A DNA stretch of 64,000 nt from a virus (lineage: Duplodnaviria; Caudoviricetes), in the IMG/VR virus record IMGVR_UViG_3300029305_003320, positions 1-64,000 of that record. One strand, written 5' to 3'. Of the stretch, positions 19,399 through 29,830 are shown one piece after another. A model generated the notes under the pieces. That model was not told the DNA's origin. It did no database searches and worked only from the letters and a program-made list of their open reading frames with translations. Position numbers and translations under genes: made by a program. Within the stretch, counting starts at the first letter, position 1. Each line of letters begins with the position of its first letter.

Positions 19399-22300
19399 AT
19401 GACAAACACGAAACTTGATGATTGGGCACTTGAAGGGATTAAAACCCCTCAAGTGCTCCAAAGTTACATACTAGATAAGTTTTCAGAAGCTTCTGAAGGT
19501 AAGTTTGTGGTTACAGATCCTAATAACGTTGCAGCGTTCTTAATCGAGGCATTTGCAACTATGGGGTCTAATATCCTTAGGCGTGTGGATGATAGCGTTC
19601 AGCCGGCTATTTATCCTAGCAGGGCTATAAGCACCTCTGACCTATATAAGCATTTGTCAGACTATGATTACGTTGGCATCTTCTCGTATCCTGCTCAGGC
19701 TACGATTATGATGATCTTCGACGTGTCATATTTGATGACGAACGGTGTACCAGTTGATTCCGGAACATCTTCTTCTGTGAGACAGTTGATTATTCCTGAA
19801 ACGACTCAGTTTACTGTTGGTCAGTACAGGTTTGGGTTGTATTATCCTATCAAACTAAGAGTGTCTCCAAATACTCGCATGTTTGTAGCTGAGTATGACA
19901 CGACCAAGACTAATCCTCTAAAGGTTCTGTCGACAAATACACTAGAATACGAACTGCATAAGAGCAACGGTCTTACGTATGCGTTTGTGAAGATACCTGT
20001 ATATCAGTTCTCTACTGCTACAACTGTCGAGCCTCTTGTGAACGGATCGGGATATCGTAGAGTCATTGATTATACAGATAAGTTTTATGCCATTAAGTGC
20101 ATGGCTGAGACATACGTAGATGGAGAAGGCTGGGCGACAAGAGAGCTTGCTCTTTCTATGTCTGGAAGAGTATACGATCCTGATGTGCCTACTGCTGTAT
20201 TTACTGTCGATGCCGATAACAATCAGTGCATAGTAGAGATTCCGTATGTGTACTTTACCAAGGGTATCATTCGTGGTAATCTGAGAGTTGACATATATAC
20301 AACTCGAGGATATCTAAACTACACTGTTCCGGCTGATACATCTGACTTTGTGACTATCGACATGTTCGCTACAGCTCTTGATAGCGATATAGCCAAGTTC
20401 GTTGAGCCGTTCAGAACAATGCCCGGTCTCGAAGCACATCCTTACACGGAGCAGATAACAGGCGGATCTAATGGTTACTCTTATGAAGAGCTCCGTAGAC
20501 GTATCGTTAACGACTCTTTTGGAATGAAAGTTCTTCAGACACCTAAGGATGTCGAGACATATTTCGCAAATGAAGGATACGTTGTATCTCTGTACAAAGA
20601 CGGAATAACAGATCGTGTGTATAATGCCCATGCGACTCTTCGTTGGACAGATAATTCAATTGTAGCATGTGCTTCGATAGACACACTGATTACCAATGAG
20701 ACACTGAATTCATCTAAGTCAGTGATAAATGTTTTAGAAGACACATACACGATCCTTCCATCAACAAGATATAGGTTGGATGTTAATAGCGGACTGTGTA
20801 TACCCCTCACCGACACTGAACTTCAGGAACTCAATGATCTTGAGTTAGTAGATCGTGTTAAAGCATTTAACAACAATGAATACACTATCTGCCCTTTCCA
20901 CATTCAGGTATCAACTGCAGCGAAGTATCCTACAACCGCTGTGTTCGATCTGACAGATGCTGATATTGATTCAAATGTGTTTCTTACATCAAGAGAAAAC
21001 GTTGACAAGTCATTATCTGTAAGTTCGGCTGTAATGGAAGTAGTTCCTATGGACTATACCGGTAATAAAGACATGGTTACCGATAAGTACAGAATGACTA
21101 TCAATGTTACAAGGTCTGGTCTTGACAGTACAACCGCTGTAATGCTAGATGAAGGTGTAGAGGGCGTTAAGCAGTTTAGAGTTCTAGTTGGCGTCAAGAA
21201 GCTTGATGGGAGTTTTGCATTCGCTGAGGCTAACTATGTGAATCGCGTTAACAATGTCGATGTGTTCCAGATGGACATATCTGCAACAGCTGCATTCACA
21301 CAAGTTGGTGATGAGTACGCCGTAAGACTCAAGACTCCATTCACTACTGCAGAAGAGGGTGTTGATGTACTCCTTAATTCTGAAGTAAGAATCGTTTTGC
21401 TTCTTAGGAAACTTCTGTTCTCGGATAATGTTGTACTAACTCAAGACTACCTGTCTTCTGATTTCACTAATAGTGGACTAGAAGATCTTCCGATGTTCTC
21501 AGCTGTATGTGAGAATAGACTAGTTGTTCATTTTGGAAAATTGGTGAATGAACTAGACGCTCGCATGTCTTTGATGTACAGTGAAGAAAAGTATCGTGAA
21601 TATGAAACTACTCAGTTCAAAGTCCTTGAGCAGCCAATTTACGAAACTGATAACGATGGCGTGCCGATCGCTATTGTTAGTGAGGGTAATCTAAGGTTAA
21701 CTGAAAAATACCCTGTAGGGACACTCGAAGCATTTACTCATACACTTCCTCAGGAGCAGATTACGCTATCTACACTGTTCTACACCAATCTACACGGATG
21801 TAGCTTTGTAGCAGATCCGGTAGCTGGTAATACAGGGATGCTAACAAGCGGAGTTCTGTATTACCAGTGGGGCCAGGACACAATTGATGCAATGGAAGGT
21901 GTCACAGCAACTGTGTACAATGCCCCAATTGTTCCTAAATTCTCAGTTACAGCTGCGACCATGGATAGCTCTGGAACTAATGACTGTATAGGAGATTATC
22001 TCCTGGCAGAAATACTTGACAATAATGGAGTTCCTAAAGCTAAATCTAGTTCATCTGAAGATAACAGATGGTACAGAGTGTTCAAAGACAAGAACGGAGA
22101 TACAGAACATTATGAAGTTACTCCGATGGATGCCTTGCAGTTTGTAATAAATCATGCTTTATCCATTAAGAACAATGCATCATTAACCGTTATCGATGGT
22201 GTAGAGGAATATCACGTTCAGGAATCCGGCGGTAGCTATAACTACTATCTTCCTGGAGTTTATAATGGAAGCAACGATGGTAGCTACAAGACGAATCCTC

Positions 22301-23796
22301 TATCGAGCGTTGAAGCTCGTGAAGGTATGTTTGTGTTTGTTGTACATGATGCAACTGCTACATCTAGATCCAATTATGATAGTTTGAATGTGATCAAACT
22401 GTCTAATAAGTCTATATCAGGATCGGAAAATAATTCCAATTCTGAAGGCACTTTGGGTGGCACGCCATCTGCACTGTACTTCTATCACAACGGCGAATGG
22501 CATCTTGTAATGACATTCACCAGTAGCACTAACAATACAAACTCGTACGATTCGTCTGGACTTCATGGCGGAGTTCCAGCTTCTATTGAGTGGGCGAATC
22601 TTCGTCTAAACGAGCTTGAATCTGTAGTTGATAATGAGTACGAATTAGGCATTCGTCATGGGTATGTGTATCTAATACACAGAATAACTCCTACACAATT
22701 CGTTGAAGGACGTACGGATGTTGAGGACTATAATTGGGAGAATTCTCCAAGTTCAGTTATTAGCCCATTCCAATACGTTGCCTTCATGACAACAGATTCG
22801 AATGGGGTTCCAGTATTTACTGGACTTAACAGTGCAGATAGATTCATTCAGATAGATACTCTAAATACTCCGGCTGATCCTAGCAAGACGTATTACATTG
22901 AAGATTCGTCAACTGGATCATTCCTGGAAAGAACAGGTGTGTCTTCGTTTGAGGCTGGTGTTGCTTACTATGATAAAGCAACACTTCGTCCGTGGGACGC
23001 GTATGTTAACAAGTGGCCATGGGAAGTATCTGAGTGGAGAAAGTTAAATCGTGTAGCGGATACTACAACTGGTGCGTATGCTTATACGTACACAGTAGAT
23101 AGCCTGTTTACAACGGTTATGGACAAATACAGACTGACTCCATACTGTAAGTACGTCGCAGGTCAGTATCGTTTGGATTCTAATGGCAAACCGTATGTAG
23201 AAACTCCTCGTCAAGTTCAGTATCTACTGAATATGCTTCAGATAGATGCGAAGTTGGCAGAAACAACAGTTGTTAAGAGTACAAGATCTTATCCTAGGAA
23301 TCTTATTTCCTTGATGAGAACTCATTTTGCTAATCTTGGCAATATTAAGAATAGACTGTATACCAACACTAAGTTGTTCTTTGAACCAATGAAGTCAATT
23401 GGTTATGGTTTATTCTACACAGATGGTGAAACCACCACTGAATATCCACTAGATATCACCATGGGATTCAAACTTCATGTGTCTGCAGAAATTGCAAGCG
23501 ATGATACAATGCTTGACAACCTTAGAAGGTCTGTTATAAGCATCATCGATGACCACATGGCTGAGGGCGGATGCAGTATGACGACCATAGCGGAACTCAT
23601 TAAGCAGAATAACTCTGATAGTGTGAGGTACGTTGACGTCCTAGGTATCAACGGAAACCAGAAACTTCAGACGATGAGGTGTGTTGATCCTGAGGTAAGA
23701 CCTCACTTAAAGCACACACTTGAGCTAGAGGATGACGGCATTACCATTACACTACAGCGTGGTTTGACGCTCGAGTTCGTGGTGGCAAATGAGTAG
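19399..23796 (+). CDS. Baseplate wedge-like virion protein, phiKZ gp087-like, with large insertion
   Basis: DPNNVAAFLIE...IYPSRAISTSDLYKHLSDYDY...P, ITGGSNG.S.EELR.R (gp6/J-like) and C-terminal TKLFFEP motifs; synteny with gp088-like. Confidence 0.7.
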   Translation: MTNTKLDDWALEGIKTPQVLQSYILDKFSEASEGKFVVTDPNNVAAFLIEAFATMGSNILRRVDDSVQPAIYPSRAISTSDLYKHLSDYDYVGIFSYPAQATIMMIFDVSYLMTNGVPVDSGTSSSVRQLIIPETTQFTVGQYRFGLYYPIKLRVSPNTRMFVAEYDTTKTNPLKVLSTNTLEYELHKSNGLTYAFVKIPVYQFSTATTVEPLVNGSGYRRVIDYTDKFYAIKCMAETYVDGEGWATRELALSMSGRVYDPDVPTAVFTVDADNNQCIVEIPYVYFTKGIIRGNLRVDIYTTRGYLNYTVPADTSDFVTIDMFATALDSDIAKFVEPFRTMPGLEAHPYTEQITGGSNGYSYEELRRRIVNDSFGMKVLQTPKDVETYFANEGYVVSLYKDGITDRVYNAHATLRWTDNSIVACASIDTLITNETLNSSKSVINVLEDTYTILPSTRYRLDVNSGLCIPLTDTELQELNDLELVDRVKAFNNNEYTICPFHIQVSTAAKYPTTAVFDLTDADIDSNVFLTSRENVDKSLSVSSAVMEVVPMDYTGNKDMVTDKYRMTINVTRSGLDSTTAVMLDEGVEGVKQFRVLVGVKKLDGSFAFAEANYVNRVNNVDVFQMDISATAAFTQVGDEYAVRLKTPFTTAEEGVDVLLNSEVRIVLLLRKLLFSDNVVLTQDYLSSDFTNSGLEDLPMFSAVCENRLVVHFGKLVNELDARMSLMYSEEKYREYETTQFKVLEQPIYETDNDGVPIAIVSEGNLRLTEKYPVGTLEAFTHTLPQEQITLSTLFYTNLHGCSFVADPVAGNTGMLTSGVLYYQWGQDTIDAMEGVTATVYNAPIVPKFSVTAATMDSSGTNDCIGDYLLAEILDNNGVPKAKSSSSEDNRWYRVFKDKNGDTEHYEVTPMDALQFVINHALSIKNNASLTVIDGVEEYHVQESGGSYNYYLPGVYNGSNDGSYKTNPLSSVEAREGMFVFVVHDATATSRSNYDSLNVIKLSNKSISGSENNSNSEGTLGGTPSALYFYHNGEWHLVMTFTSSTNNTNSYDSSGLHGGVPASIEWANLRLNELESVVDNEYELGIRHGYVYLIHRITPTQFVEGRTDVEDYNWENSPSSVISPFQYVAFMTTDSNGVPVFTGLNSADRFIQIDTLNTPADPSKTYYIEDSSTGSFLERTGVSSFEAGVAYYDKATLRPWDAYVNKWPWEVSEWRKLNRVADTTTGAYAYTYTVDSLFTTVMDKYRLTPYCKYVAGQYRLDSNGKPYVETPRQVQYLLNMLQIDAKLAETTVVKSTRSYPRNLISLMRTHFANLGNIKNRLYTNTKLFFEPMKSIGYGLFYTDGETTTEYPLDITMGFKLHVSAEIASDDTMLDNLRRSVISIIDDHMAEGGCSMTTIAELIKQNNSDSVRYVDVLGINGNQKLQTMRCVDPEVRPHLKHTLELEDDGITITLQRGLTLEFVVANE

Positions 23797-23830
23797 TTTC
23801 CTACCGTGTGAAGGTAACAAAAAAGATGAT

Positions 23831-23864
23831 ACCTAGGTGCACGGCTCGCGCCGTGCACCTAGGT
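23831..23864. terminator. Hairpin between convergent genes
   Basis: acctaggtgcacggc-tcgc-gccgtgcacctaggt. Confidence 0.8.
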
Positions 23865-23876
23865 TAGTCTTTTTCA

Positions 23877-24425
23877 TCAATCTTCTCCTGAGGTTTGGTA
23901 TTTCTTTGGAGGCTGACTAAGGTCAACTGCCACCATTGAAACACACACATTCTCTACGTGAAGATTTACCGCATCAGCCCAGCAATCTAGCACAGGAGTG
24001 AACTTTAGTTTGTCCAGTGCATCTTCTAGCTTATCGAAGGTATGAGCATCAGTAAGACGATCTACAAGTTTGTCTTCATAATTAATGTAGACTTTCTTTT
24101 TGGTGTCTTTCAGAGTCCCGCCTATGACGTATTTGCAAGAAGTATCGTCGAATCCAGATACTTCGTAAACTATAGCGTAACCGTTTTCATTAGGTAAACA
24201 TTGCCCAACAAATCCTCTATGACCAAATCCTAAGATATATTTCCCGACTTCATTAGCAATAGCAGGTGAATTGAACATAGTAGCATCTGAGATAGACTCT
24301 ACAAGAGAAAGTTTGACTTCTCCGTTTTCATCAAACTCTTGCCTCACGAACTTTGGAGCCTCATTTTCTTTTTCGAAAATGTAAGCATACCCAAAGAGCA
24401 ATCGCTCGTTTAGTTCACTTGGCAT
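23877..24425 (-). CDS. Hypothetical early protein
   Basis: 182 aa ORF, AGGAGG RBS; internal repeat (VESISDATMF / VDRLTDAHTF). Confidence 0.75.
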   Translation of the reverse strand: MPSELNERLLFGYAYIFEKENEAPKFVRQEFDENGEVKLSLVESISDATMFNSPAIANEVGKYILGFGHRGFVGQCLPNENGYAIVYEVSGFDDTSCKYVIGGTLKDTKKKVYINYEDKLVDRLTDAHTFDKLEDALDKLKFTPVLDCWADAVNLHVENVCVSMVAVDLSQPPKKYQTSGED

Positions 24426-24638
24426 CTATTTCCTCCTGTTCCTTTTGCGAGCTTTCTTGGCCGCTTTACGAGCCTTATCAGCTTGGCGTTTACGCTTGAC
24501 CTCTATAAGAGATCTACTTGGTCCATGGTGAACTCCGAATGCGTCGTCGACCATTTCCATTGGGCTTCCCCAAGGCTGGAATGCAGTTGATGCCAATGCA
24601 GAGATCATCGCCAATTTAGTTAAGCCGTTTGAGCTCAT
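24426..24638 (-). CDS. Small protein with very basic C-terminal tail
   Basis: Ends KRKRQADKARKAAKKARKRNRRK. Confidence 0.65.
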   Translation of the reverse strand: MSSNGLTKLAMISALASTAFQPWGSPMEMVDDAFGVHHGPSRSLIEVKRKRQADKARKAAKKARKRNRRK

Positions 24639-24641
24639 AGT

Positions 24642-24824
24642 TTAAACCCATTCTACTCTAATCTTGGTAACGTAGTCGTTCTTCTTCTCTGCAGAAGTAC
24701 TCTCTCCTACTTTGAATACTTTAGCTTCGGATTTCTTTTCTGACCATTTGCCGTTACCGCAGGCATACACCTTCTTATTGAAGATGTCTGTACCTGTAAT
24801 AACGAATTTGCCTGTAATAGCCAT
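24642..24824 (-). CDS. Small hypothetical early protein
   Basis: 60 aa, AAAGGA RBS, downstream of TATATTAC. Confidence 0.65.
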   Translation of the reverse strand: MAITGKFVITGTDIFNKKVYACGNGKWSEKKSEAKVFKVGESTSAEKKNDYVTKIRVEWV

Positions 24825-24862
24825 GGTTAAGTCCTTTCTTTGTGAGGTGGTATTACACTAGT

Positions 24863-24870
24863 GTAATATA
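24863..24870 (-). promoter_or_regulatory. Early promoter motif TATATTAC
   Basis: gtaatata on + strand; overlaps an 18-bp palindrome at 24851-24868. Confidence 0.65.
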
Positions 24871-24879
24871 TGCCCATTA

Positions 24880-25614
24880 TTACACAGGGATTGATTTGTC
24901 GTAGACAGAGTTTGTAAAGTCAACCTTCTCTTTTCTCAAGAACTCAGAGATGTCTCTAACGGATTTACCACGCCAGTCCATCAAAGAGCTAGCAGAGTTT
25001 AAGATGCCAAGATTGACAGGAAGTTCGTCTACAAACTTCTCAGACTCGTGTTTTCTCCACTCTCCGTTCTGATCCTGTTGAGTGTTTCTGGTTATCCTGA
25101 AGATATATCCTCCACGCTTCCTGATCATTTCGGCTTCATTTGGGAAGCGAACGTCACTGATGAGAACTACAGCTTTAGGGCTCCAAACGTTTTGACGTGG
25201 CTCATCGCGAAGTTTGTATCCGTTCATGTAGTTGCCGTTATTAAGCTCATTGTTGAGCTCATCTATCTTCGAACTCAAGAAATCAACCCACACGTTTGGA
25301 TGTAGATTGTTTCTAAACATTTCAGACCCTACAAGTTGCATGAATCTTCTTGGAGTAACTGGAACATTCTTTCCATTTGAATATTCAGTTAACCATGGAT
25401 GAGCCCAATGCTCTTTACACGCCTGATCTGATAAAACTTGATCGCTGAATCCGAAGATTCCGGCTATCTGTCTGATAGGATCTGCGAACGCCATTTTCTT
25501 TCTCAAAACGTTGAGAGCTGCAAGCGAGTCTGCAAGAGCATTGACGGCAGAATCTTTTCCTGATTTTGCCGCTCCGCAGAACCCAATTACCATAATTTTT
25601 CTGTTGTCTAACAT
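24880..25614 (-). CDS. Deoxynucleoside monophosphate (dNMP) kinase
   Basis: P-loop GFCGAAKSGKDS, FADPIR, TPRRFMQLVGSEMFR, VLISDVRFPNE and HESE motifs; start refined to MLDNRK (AAAGGA RBS). Confidence 0.9.
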   Translation of the reverse strand: MLDNRKIMVIGFCGAAKSGKDSAVNALADSLAALNVLRKKMAFADPIRQIAGIFGFSDQVLSDQACKEHWAHPWLTEYSNGKNVPVTPRRFMQLVGSEMFRNNLHPNVWVDFLSSKIDELNNELNNGNYMNGYKLRDEPRQNVWSPKAVVLISDVRFPNEAEMIRKRGGYIFRITRNTQQDQNGEWRKHESEKFVDELPVNLGILNSASSLMDWRGKSVRDISEFLRKEKVDFTNSVYDKSIPV

Positions 25615-25652
25615 GACCAATTTCCTTTCATTATACGTATATTTACGAACTA

Positions 25653-25659
25653 TTTTATG
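25653..25659 (+). promoter_or_regulatory. Late-type promoter motif TTTTATG
   Basis: Upstream of the 25702 operon. Confidence 0.45.
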
Positions 25660-25701
25660 TTCAACATCCATTAATAAATAACATTATAACAAGGAGCTTT
25701 T

Positions 25702-25896
25702 ATGCCCGGAGCAATAACGAAACGGCAGGTTCTTGCGATACTTGCCGTTTATGCTGTTACACGTGGCGTAATCGATGCGCTTAAACCTGTTGAAGATGAT
25801 ACCGCCGAATCGGCAGCCTTCGATAAGGTGGCGTTCGATGCCACGATGAGTGCTATAACATCCAAGGCCGAGAGCCTCACGGAAGGAGGCAAGTAA
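25702..25896 (+). CDS. Small hypothetical protein with hydrophobic N-terminal segment
   Basis: 64 aa, AAGGAG RBS. Confidence 0.65.
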   Translation: MPGAITKRQVLAILAVYAVTRGVIDALKPVEDDTAESAAFDKVAFDATMSAITSKAESLTEGGK

Positions 25897-27509
25897 TGGC
25901 TGATCTAACCAGTTTCCGTACTATGCTTGCAGATCGTGCAGCAGCCGATAAAGGGCTGCCGCATATCGCATTAAAGTGCTGTACTGATTTCGATATCGAT
26001 CTTCAGAGGTTGATCAATGTTGACAACCGTCAGGAAGGTGAGTCAGATTCGCAGGTTGTGACTCGTTACATAGACGAGATCTGCGACGCTCTCACCAGCC
26101 CTGAATATGCCGGTATAGCTGAGAAGATCCAGTCAGTGATCACAGCATTCTCAGATCGTATTAAAGGAGCCAATGCATCCATCAATGACGTCCGCAGGAC
26201 TGCTAAGCAGCTTGCAGAGGTCATGGAGAAAGGCAAGACTGAATATCTTGCTAAGGATCCGTACGTGGCAACACACCTCAATTTAACCAATGTGTCAGTA
26301 GACTTCCCTGTGTGGGAGTGGAACGGGCCCAAACTTCTCGGTGGTTCCACTTACATTAAGGAGAGAGTTGGGGGACAAATCGTTGCCAAGGGCATTGAGC
26401 CTCCTCAAGATTTTGACTACAGAGCGTTCGTTAATGGCTGCGAGAATATAGCCACTAAGACGACTCTTGAACCAGTAGATGCACAGCCAGAAGTTATCGA
26501 GAATGCAACTGATGCTATTGTCGATGCTCTTGGCGGAGAGTCTACCAAGGAAGAAGTTGCCGACGTTGTCAGCGTTCTCTTCGGTTCTAAGAGCGTTCGT
26601 GGATATGTTCTTAACCTGCAACGCATCATCGGGATGAGTCCCGCTGACCTGTTCGCTCGAGTTAAGGAATACGATCAGTTCATCTGCAAGTATTATCCTG
26701 TAGCGGAATCCATTACTGAAGGACATGTAACTCTTCCTGAGTCATGCGCTGAGAAGGTTAAAGAAAATGCCGAGAAGCTCCGCACACTGTGCGAGTTCAT
26801 GGCGTACTTCGAAGCTATGGAGCGCGAGACAGTTTTCAAGTCGGCTATCCTTCTTCAGGGTGGTCTTCTGAACTCTGATGCTCAGGCTGAGTACACTGAT
26901 GCAGGGGGCACTGCTCTAATGATAGCCCACTACCTCAGGTACATGTACAAAGACGATGTCAATAAAGTTCCTGCACGTGGTATCTCCGGCAAAGTGATCA
27001 TTGAGTCGGCCGCTCACAATGAGAAAATTGTGAAGTCCGATATTAGCAATATCACAAGTCGCATTGCGATAGCTACGACCAGGGCCCGCAGTGAGGCATT
27101 CAGAACAGTTGCCCACCGCTATGTCTGCAACAAGATAGATCGTGAAAATGCTGATGCTACAAGTGGAGAGAAGTCCATTGCCATTGAGCGTTTCATGTCT
27201 GACACTGTGAAGAAGATCTCCGGTAGGATACTTCATCACGACATCGCCTTCCTTGATGCTGCCCTCATGCTCATCATCGAGCTGGACTACTCCGGTACGT
27301 TCGTTGAGCAGATGTACAACAAGCTAGGTACTGCGTACCTTGCTAAGATTAATTCTGCTGAGGATGGCAAGGTTTCCGAACTAGACCTCCAGGTTGCTGG
27401 TATGGAGGTCGTTGCTGAGATGATTAGCGGATTTATTGTTGACAAATTGGTCGACGCTTGCGTGTGCAAAGACGAGACCAACAAGTCCCCGATTGTCCCT
27501 GCTCAGTAA
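25896..27509 (+). CDS. Putative virion structural protein
   Basis: 537 aa, GGAGG RBS, mostly helical; same strand as and downstream of the gp087-like gene. Confidence 0.5.
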   Translation: MADLTSFRTMLADRAAADKGLPHIALKCCTDFDIDLQRLINVDNRQEGESDSQVVTRYIDEICDALTSPEYAGIAEKIQSVITAFSDRIKGANASINDVRRTAKQLAEVMEKGKTEYLAKDPYVATHLNLTNVSVDFPVWEWNGPKLLGGSTYIKERVGGQIVAKGIEPPQDFDYRAFVNGCENIATKTTLEPVDAQPEVIENATDAIVDALGGESTKEEVADVVSVLFGSKSVRGYVLNLQRIIGMSPADLFARVKEYDQFICKYYPVAESITEGHVTLPESCAEKVKENAEKLRTLCEFMAYFEAMERETVFKSAILLQGGLLNSDAQAEYTDAGGTALMIAHYLRYMYKDDVNKVPARGISGKVIIESAAHNEKIVKSDISNITSRIAIATTRARSEAFRTVAHRYVCNKIDRENADATSGEKSIAIERFMSDTVKKISGRILHHDIAFLDAALMLIIELDYSGTFVEQMYNKLGTAYLAKINSAEDGKVSELDLQVAGMEVVAEMISGFIVDKLVDACVCKDETNKSPIVPAQ

Positions 27510-27516
27510 CTCATAC

Positions 27517-27549
27517 GTAGCCAGTAGGGTGCATCACACTACTGGCTAC
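27517..27549. terminator. Hairpin
   Basis: gtagccagtag...ctactggctac. Confidence 0.7.
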
Positions 27550-27575
27550 ATCACTTTTTTAATAACGGAGAAATC

Positions 27576-29147
27576 ATGAACCTATGTATTAAGAAACCTG
27601 GCATGTCTAGTGAGATAGTCACAGACAAGCTAGAGATGACAAGTATTGAGTGTGAAGCACTCGAGACCCTGTATGCTGCAGGGTTCCAGCTGGATAGTAT
27701 TAGCAGAGTTATCGACAATGCTAACTTTGCTCTAGCGTGGCTGAACAGTGCAGATGATAAAAAGTCTGTAGTTGACATGCTTGAACTGGAGAAGTCCTGC
27801 GAAGGACTCATTGCCAAGATTGATGGTGAAATCACAGCAGAAGCTGCAGTTGAGGGAATCGGAGAAGCTCTAGGCAGAGCCTGGGAAGCTATCAAGTCCT
27901 GGCTTGAGAAACTGTTCACTGCTGTGTTTAATCTTATCGCAGCTATCTTTGGTGCTGATGGGATCAAAGATAACAAACAGAAGCTTACTGATCTGAAAGA
28001 GACGGCTCCTGATGCAGATATTCTTGCCAAGGCTGACCTTAAGGGATCCGGTGTAGATATCACAGCTGAGCTCATCAAAGGTCGTACAGCTCTTATAGCA
28101 GAACTACTTCCTCAGCTTCAGAAGAATGCTGAAGAACGTCTAGCTGCCGCTGAGGCTTACAAGAAGGATCTTCAGTCTCAGGTAGAGATGGCTCGTCTAG
28201 ATGAGCGTGTTAAGGCACTCCAGACACTTGTAGATAAGTCTACTGAGCTTTCTACCAAGTACAATACTGCGATGGCTGAGCTAGCATCCAAGAACAGCAC
28301 TGCTGTTAACAACAATAACAACAACATTCTTGCTGGTTTGACTCCTGCTATTCTTACAGGTTTCGCCGGAGCTTATGCTGGAGCGTTTGATCCTAGTGGT
28401 CCTGCGGCAAAGATTGCAGAAACAACTAAGAAGATCAAGAAGGTCACAGAAGAGATCGAAACTGAGACAAAGAAGCGTAAAAAGAAGCCTGAGACAGGAG
28501 ATGGTGGCGGCACCACTCCAAAGCCTCCGGCACCAAATCCGAATCCCAATCCTCCTAAACCGCCTGCTCCGAATCCAAATCCCAACCCAAATCCGAAACC
28601 CCCTGCGCCTGCACCAGATCCTGTAACCAATCAGGCTCTTAAGGTTCTAGCAGATCTTGGAAAGACGACAGCGTCTGACTTCCGCATCATTAAGGCGGAA
28701 GATAAGTACGTTGACTCTGTTTGGGGTAAGATTAAGCGCGGTGCTGGATGGGTCTGTCGTAAAGGATGGGGTGGTAGAAACATTAAGGGTAACAAGGGGC
28801 TTCTTGCTGCTGCTCGCGAGCATAACAAGACTGCAACCAGAACTGTCATGCTTTGGGCATTGCGTCTGTATGTTATCGATGCCAATGAATCTACCATCGC
28901 TGATCTAGCTCAGAAGATTGGAACTGAGACAATGGTTATCAAGGCATTCATCACTGCCCTTAGAGCCACCGGTCTTAAGAAAACATTTGACACAGATAAA
29001 GGTGAATACCAGTGCACTGTGCCAGATGATGCTACAGCGAAGAAAATCGCTGCCGCACTTAAGATCAAACAGACCGATGTCGAGAATATCGTCAAGGAAG
29101 CCAATAAGCTCCCTGATCCTAAGGACTACAAGCCTGAAGAGCACTAA
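27576..29147 (+). CDS. Inner head / ejection protein paralog with Pro-Asn linker
   Basis: EAAVEG followed by IGEALGRAWEAIKSWLEKLF; PKPPAPNPNP repeats. Confidence 0.65.
   Translation: MNLCIKKPGMSSEIVTDKLEMTSIECEALETLYAAGFQLDSISRVIDNANFALAWLNSADDKKSVVDMLELEKSCEGLIAKIDGEITAEAAVEGIGEALGRAWEAIKSWLEKLFTAVFNLIAAIFGADGIKDNKQKLTDLKETAPDADILAKADLKGSGVDITAELIKGRTALIAELLPQLQKNAEERLAAAEAYKKDLQSQVEMARLDERVKALQTLVDKSTELSTKYNTAMAELASKNSTAVNNNNNNILAGLTPAILTGFAGAYAGAFDPSGPAAKIAETTKKIKKVTEEIETETKKRKKKPETGDGGGTTPKPPAPNPNPNPPKPPAPNPNPNPNPKPPAPAPDPVTNQALKVLADLGKTTASDFRIIKAEDKYVDSVWGKIKRGAGWVCRKGWGGRNIKGNKGLLAAAREHNKTATRTVMLWALRLYVIDANESTIADLAQKIGTETMVIKAFITALRATGLKKTFDTDKGEYQCTVPDDATAKKIAAALKIKQTDVENIVKEANKLPDPKDYKPEEH
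28513..28622 (+). repeat. Coding low-complexity repeat (PKPPAP-NPNP)n
   Basis: TTPKPPAPNPNPNPPKPPAPNPNPNPNPKPPAPAPDP in ORF 27576. Confidence 0.85.
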
Positions 29148-29158
29148 CATCTCCAGTC

Positions 29159-29190
29159 AACCTACACCCGGAGTGATCCGGGTGTAGGTT
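29159..29190. terminator. Hairpin between convergent genes
   Basis: aacctacacccgga-gtga-tccgggtgtaggtt followed by a T-rich tract. Confidence 0.8.
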
Positions 29191-29247
29191 GTTTATTATT
29201 TTTGACAAAAAAGATGGTGGCCAACTTAATAGTCAGCCACCACCACA

Positions 29248-29760
29248 TCAGGCAGCAGCCTGAGTGATTGCAGCTCTCAGCACACTCAGAGTCCGATTCC
29301 ACGACATGAGGAATTTTCTCATGAACGCAGTGATCTGTTCTTCATTGCACGAGGAGAAGTCCTTCAGGATATCAAACGAATTCCTGTAGAAGTTTTCATT
29401 GCCTGCATCAAACGTGATGTAGGTTCCATCGGCATACGTGTTCGTCAAGTCCGCGTATACTACATTGCCGTCATCATTCAAGTCGAATGCGACATGTGCA
29501 ACGGAAAGTACCAGTGCTTCTTTCGGGGAGTCGATACGAAGGATGTACCTATGATCGGAGTCAAAGACTTCGTCTTCAAGGTATCCTATTTCGATACTCC
29601 ACAGATTGTTGATCTGGATTGACAGTCCGCCTGCAGTGGCAGAGTTAAGCGGCACTATGCGAACATAGCCGGTCCCTTCTGGGAAGATGTTGTTGATTTC
29701 CTTAGACATTTGTCCAAGTGCATTATCGAACCGAGTTACGAGTTCTGTGTTTGTACTCAT
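29248..29760 (-). CDS. Hypothetical early protein
   Basis: Start refined to MSTNTEL (AAAGGA RBS, A-rich leader, TATATTAC at 29831). Confidence 0.75.
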   Translation of the reverse strand: MSTNTELVTRFDNALGQMSKEINNIFPEGTGYVRIVPLNSATAGGLSIQINNLWSIEIGYLEDEVFDSDHRYILRIDSPKEALVLSVAHVAFDLNDDGNVVYADLTNTYADGTYITFDAGNENFYRNSFDILKDFSSCNEEQITAFMRKFLMSWNRTLSVLRAAITQAAA

Positions 29761-29830
29761 TTGCTTTTCCTTTCTTGTTGTTTGTGAACCTGTTCGTAAA
29801 CCGATACTACTTAGGCTCTTGTTCATGCTT

